Source of the DNA: Rhizobiaceae bacterium | GTDB lineage: Bacteria; Pseudomonadota; Alphaproteobacteria; Rhizobiales; Rhizobiaceae | Length of the DNA stretch: 64,000 nucleotides | Reading direction: 5' to 3' | Assembly (NCBI GenBank): GCA_023953835.1 | Contig: JAMLJB010000002.1 | Span: 90,630 to 154,629 of the forward strand | Part shown: one piece after another, positions 59,932-64,000 of the stretch | How the letters are laid out: every line of letters begins with the position of its first letter | How positions within the stretch are numbered: position 1 is the first letter of the stretch | Position numbers and translations under genes: made by a program | Notes under the pieces: generated by a model | Databases searched by the model: none | Told to the model about the DNA's origin: nothing | Seen by the model: the letters and a program-made list of their open reading frames with translations, nothing else

Positions 59932-60345
59932 AGGTCCCAGCGCTACTCACACCTTGCCGCTAAGCCAAATGCGCTATCGTTACTTCGGTACGCCATGACT
60001 TGGTGCCAGAATAGAGATAGATTAGAGTATTCTAGATATTTGTCGTCGTAAGCCTCTTGTCGACCGCCTCCAATCCTCCAAACGCCACCAGAGTCGGGCA
60101 GCGACTTACGGAATCAAGCTAGAATGGTGCCCGGAAATTGGAGGCACAGAGATGAACTCAAGGACGGCGAGTTGCTGGTCCGGGTGAAGGCCAGCGGCAC
60201 AGCCCTCGCCTGTGGAACGCGGGTTCGTCTCTCGGGGACTTTCGTACGCTTGCCGGCGCCCAAAACTCTTCGCGAAAGCTGACATTCCGCCGGCGAGGTT
60301 TGGCGCCATAACGCCAGGTGACTGAAATTTGGGCCGGCTTCGGAG

Positions 60346-61694
60346 TCATGCTTTCGGTTCAACGTCTTTCGCGGTTGCGAGCTTGACGCTGGCTTCGAAA
60401 CCCGATTGCGTGCCGGGCCTCGGCGACCTGAGCGCAAGCAAGCTGCCCATGCGGTCGGCAATCGTCGAAACGATCGACAAGCCGATTCCACTGCCTGCAG
60501 TCGAGGTTCCGGCCCGCTCGAAACGGTCCACCAGTTTCGTCAGCATCTCGGGCGGTACAACGGGGCCGTCATTTGACACTGTCAGCAGTCCATCGGGGTC
60601 AAGGGTCACTTCGACTGGCGATGCCTGGCTACCGTAGTGCAACGCATTCTCGACGAGGTTGCGGCACAGGATCCCGGTGGCATTGGGATCGATGTCGGAC
60701 ATCACGGCAGTTTCGGGCATGTGCAGGAATATCCTGTCCTGCGGCACGCTCCTTCGCATATCGTCGACTACAGCGCGCACGGCCGCGCGCAAGTCCGACA
60801 CCTGGTCCAAGCGAAGCCGGCCGCCTTCTGCCCGGGCGAATTGCATGAGCCGCTCGGCGCGCGCCGTCAGCCGCTTGAGGGTCACCTCAATGTCGGCTCC
60901 ACGCTGCGCGGTATGCGGCTCGGCGGTCTCCTTCTGGATGCGCTGGGCCTGGGCGATCGCGCCAGCGAGCGGAGTCCTGAGTTCGTGGGCGGTGTTGGCG
61001 GCGAGGCTGCGTTCCGCTTCGAAGGCGGTCCTGAGCCTTGCGAACAGAGCGTTCAAGGTAACGGCCAGCGGAGTGACCTCGCTGGGCAGGTCGTTGGCGG
61101 TGACGGCACCAAGATCCTTCTCGCTTCGGGTTTCGAGCTGCTCCCGGAACGCCCGCAGCGGTCTCGTGCTCCTGCGCGCCGTAAGCACGACGGCGACAAA
61201 GGCTGCCGGGATTACCAGAAGAATCGGCAGGCCAAGACCCATCTGGACATCCCTCGCTACATTGGCCCGGTGGGCGAACGGCTCCGCCACCGTGATGCGG
61301 ATCGTTCCCTGCAGGGCCTCCTCGCTGTACAGGCGGTGCGTCGCGGTCCGGCCGAAACCGGGTCCACCGTAAGGCGGGAAGACGGATAGATCGGCGACGT
61401 GGGACTGGAGCAGTATCTGGCCCTTGTCGTCGCGGACCACGTAGGTCAAAAGTTCGTTGTGGCTGCGGATTGCCCCAAGACGCTGGCTGGCGACGTCCCC
61501 GTCCTCGCGACCGACGATGTCCTGGACCGCGAGTGGAAGCAGCCGTTGCGCCGTCTCCTGGAGGGACGAATCGAAGACCTCCGCGATTTCGTGCCGCAGC
61601 AGGAGCGCGGTCGCCCATGCCGCCCCGATCCAGATCACGAGCAGCACCGTCCCGAGCGACAGAAGGAGCCTGCCCTGGAGGCTTCTGGGGCGCC

Positions 61695-61698
<4 letters not shown>
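60346..61698 (-). CDS. Sensor histidine kinase (QseC/PmrB-like)
   Basis: AHELRTPL, NLVENAL, GSGIGLSIV. Confidence 0.93.
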
Positions 61699-62354
<656 letters not shown>

Positions 62355-62429
62355 TATCGTTCGCCTTCCCCGCCCCAGTCCTCCTTGACAGATATTCCTT
62401 ACGCCGCGCTGAAGTGGATCGCGCACGAG

Positions 62430-62446
62430 CTTAAGGATGCCGTCAG
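62430..62446. promoter_or_regulatory. OmpR/PmrA-type tandem box CTTAAG-N5-CGTCAG
   Basis: 11-bp period between the divergent RR and PepSY genes; related boxes at 62922-62938 and 62954-62970. Confidence 0.55.
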
Positions 62447-62497
62447 CTTGGTCCTTCAAGCTTGTCGCAAAATCCGGATGGAATGGAGTCTTGGCTC

Positions 62498-62815
62498 ATG
62501 CGGCTCGCTCTGACAATTCTCGCATGTGTCGCGGTGCTGCCTGTAGGACAGGCGCTCGCCGACGACGAATGCTTCGTGCCGATGGCGGACTGGAAGCCGA
62601 GGGAGACCATTGTCACCCTCGCTGCCCAGAATGGCTGGACGGTGCGTCGCATCAAGATCGACGACGGCTGCTACGAGATCGACGGCACCGACGCTGAGGG
62701 CCAACGAATCGAGGTGACCGTCCATCCGTCGACCCTGGAAATTCTCGAAATCGAACACAGGAACAGCGACGGCCATCGGCGCCGCGACGGAGAAGGCCGC
62801 CATGACGATCAATGA
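62498..62815 (+). CDS. Small secreted PepSY-domain protein
   Basis: Signal peptide; GWTVRRIKIDDGCYEI...RIEV..HP.TLEI. Confidence 0.85.
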   Translation: MRLALTILACVAVLPVGQALADDECFVPMADWKPRETIVTLAAQNGWTVRRIKIDDGCYEIDGTDAEGQRIEVTVHPSTLEILEIEHRNSDGHRRRDGEGRHDDQ

Positions 62816-62889
62816 CCCGGGCCGCAAGGGCTTCGCGCCCTCCGCGACATCGCCTGAGGGTGGATATCGAGGCAGCAGAGGATCAATCC

Positions 62890-62915
62890 GGCCCCGTCGT
62901 TTCGGCGGGGCCTTT
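62890..62915 (+). terminator. Rho-independent terminator
   Basis: GGCCCCGTCG-TTT-CGGCGGGGCC then TTT. Confidence 0.6.
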
Positions 62916-63014
62916 CGATTCCTGACGGCAAGCTGAACCAGAAAATCGAATCCCGTCAGGGTGGCATCAGGCAGGAGCCACAGAACTGCGTCAGCAGAGA
63001 AAGGAGAACCTGCC

Positions 63015-63383
63015 ATGAAGAAGACATTTGCAATCCTGTTTGCCTCTACAGCGTTGACCGCCGGTATTGGCCTCCCCGCGTGGAGTGCGATGCATGGCGC
63101 CGTCCAGCTCGAAGGCTCCCGTGACGCGCCCGTGGCTGCCTCCAGGGACGCAGGAGCGTCCCCGATACTGGTCAGCGACGACGACGGTGGTGACCGGGAT
63201 CATAGGCGCAAGATGCGGCGTGGCGACGGTGACGACCACGATGATGATGACGACGAGGACGAGGATGACGACGACGATTCCTATGGCCGCAATGCTTCTC
63301 CCGCGGCTCCGGCAGGAAGCGTGGCTCCTCCCAACAACGGCCTCTTCGGCGGCGGCACGGCGCCAAAGGTCCAGGTGAACTGA
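63015..63383 (+). CDS. Secreted hypothetical protein with Asp/Glu-rich tract
   Basis: AAGGAG RBS, signal peptide, DDHDDDDDEDEDDDDDS, conserved-looking end PP.NGLFG.G..PKVQVN. Confidence 0.75.
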   Translation: MKKTFAILFASTALTAGIGLPAWSAMHGAVQLEGSRDAPVAASRDAGASPILVSDDDGGDRDHRRKMRRGDGDDHDDDDDEDEDDDDDSYGRNASPAAPAGSVAPPNNGLFGGGTAPKVQVN

Positions 63384-63420
63384 GCCGATGTCCAACTCCA
63401 CAACAGATCATAGGAATTGT

Positions 63421-63894
63421 ATGATGAGAACCATCTTGGCCGCCCTCGCGCTGACCACGGCACTGACGCTTCCCGGCATCGCCATGGCGCGGCCGGTGAC
63501 CTTGACCACGACATTGAAGGATTATGGCGGCGACGGGGCTTATCTCGCTATCTACGTCACCGACCCGAAGGGGGCCTATGCCGGCAGCCTCTGGATGGCC
63601 GGAACCAAGTCCAAGTACTATGAGCACCTGTCCGACTGGTACCGTGCGACTGGCGGCAACGCGGCCGAGATCGACGGCATCACCGGGGCGAGCGTAGGCG
63701 CTGGTCGCCAGTTGGAGATCACCCTCGACCTTGCCGACACGCTCTTCGACGCGGGCTATACCATCCACGTCGACGCAGCCGTCGAGGACATGCGCGACAG
63801 CCCCAACGAGGTCGCAGTGCCGCTGACCACGCAGGGGGCGGGGCAGTCGGTTCAGGGCCGCCGCTACATTGCGAACTTCAGTTACGGCATGTGA
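63421..63894 (+). CDS. DUF2271 domain protein
   Basis: YGGDGAYLAIY, GSLWMAG...KYY.HL.DW, DGITGASVG. Confidence 0.8.
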   Translation: MMRTILAALALTTALTLPGIAMARPVTLTTTLKDYGGDGAYLAIYVTDPKGAYAGSLWMAGTKSKYYEHLSDWYRATGGNAAEIDGITGASVGAGRQLEITLDLADTLFDAGYTIHVDAAVEDMRDSPNEVAVPLTTQGAGQSVQGRRYIANFSYGM

Positions 63895-63907
63895 GGGGGC
63901 AGGAGCC

Positions 63908-64000
63908 ATGATCCGTGCCTTCCACCGCTGGCCGGGTCTCCTGGCTCTGGCCCTCGTGACGCTCCTCGCCGCCAGCGGCGCGGTGCTGTCCGTCTTCCCG
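63908..64000 (+). CDS. PepSY-TM-containing oxidoreductase, 5' end only
   Basis: AGGAG RBS; MIRAFHRWPGLLALALV; usual position after DUF2271. Confidence 0.65.
   Translation, partial: MIRAFHRWPGLLALALVTLLAASGAVLSVFP

Noticed and set aside
60124-60282. 52-aa ORF with ELKDGELLVRVKASG, like an MDR dehydrogenase N-terminus
   Set aside because: Match too short to call even as a pseudogene
60255-60307. Imperfect GGCGCC-closed hairpin between convergent genes
   Set aside because: No U-tract or riboswitch/ribozyme core; at most a weak terminator

Overview
GC-rich alphaproteobacterial (Rhizobiales-like) accessory DNA, most likely plasmid or ICE, with intact catabolic modules separated by heavily eroded mobile-element scars. 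1-2.2 kb: end of a sugar-acid (Weimberg-type) operon. 2.2-6.3 kb: fragments of Tn3 tnpA, a nuclease, gltA, an ABC permease, EamA, scpB and hyuB, plus two orphan Tn3-type IRs. 6.3-22.9 kb: a GntR-controlled module with a Dpp-type ABC importer, MmgE/PrpD, a glutaredoxin-DinB fusion, an Ltp2-type thiolase-fold aldolase with its DUF35 partner, a crotonase, a tandem CoA-transferase III, an atypical SDR and a DhaKL kinase. 22.9-24.4 kb: scars, including a 745-bp multiply deleted Tn5393-like mini element. 24.4-44.9 kb: a methoxy-aromatic-type catabolic block with MetF, PurU, an intradiol dioxygenase, an LLM monooxygenase, a second tandem CoA-transferase, an ABC importer, HpaR, a decarboxylase-like class II aldolase, a LigM-like demethylase, SnoaL and MarR. 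45.0-48.7 kb: a complete cargo-less Tn5393-like transposon. 49.2-52.5 kb: ietAS with a deleted protease. 52.5-58.4 kb: SQR-DUF2892-RND. 58.6-64 kb: an FNR-box-preceded ferric-reductase-like gene, a two-component system and a PepSY/DUF2271 cluster. All family assignments come from motif recognition by eye; no database search was run.
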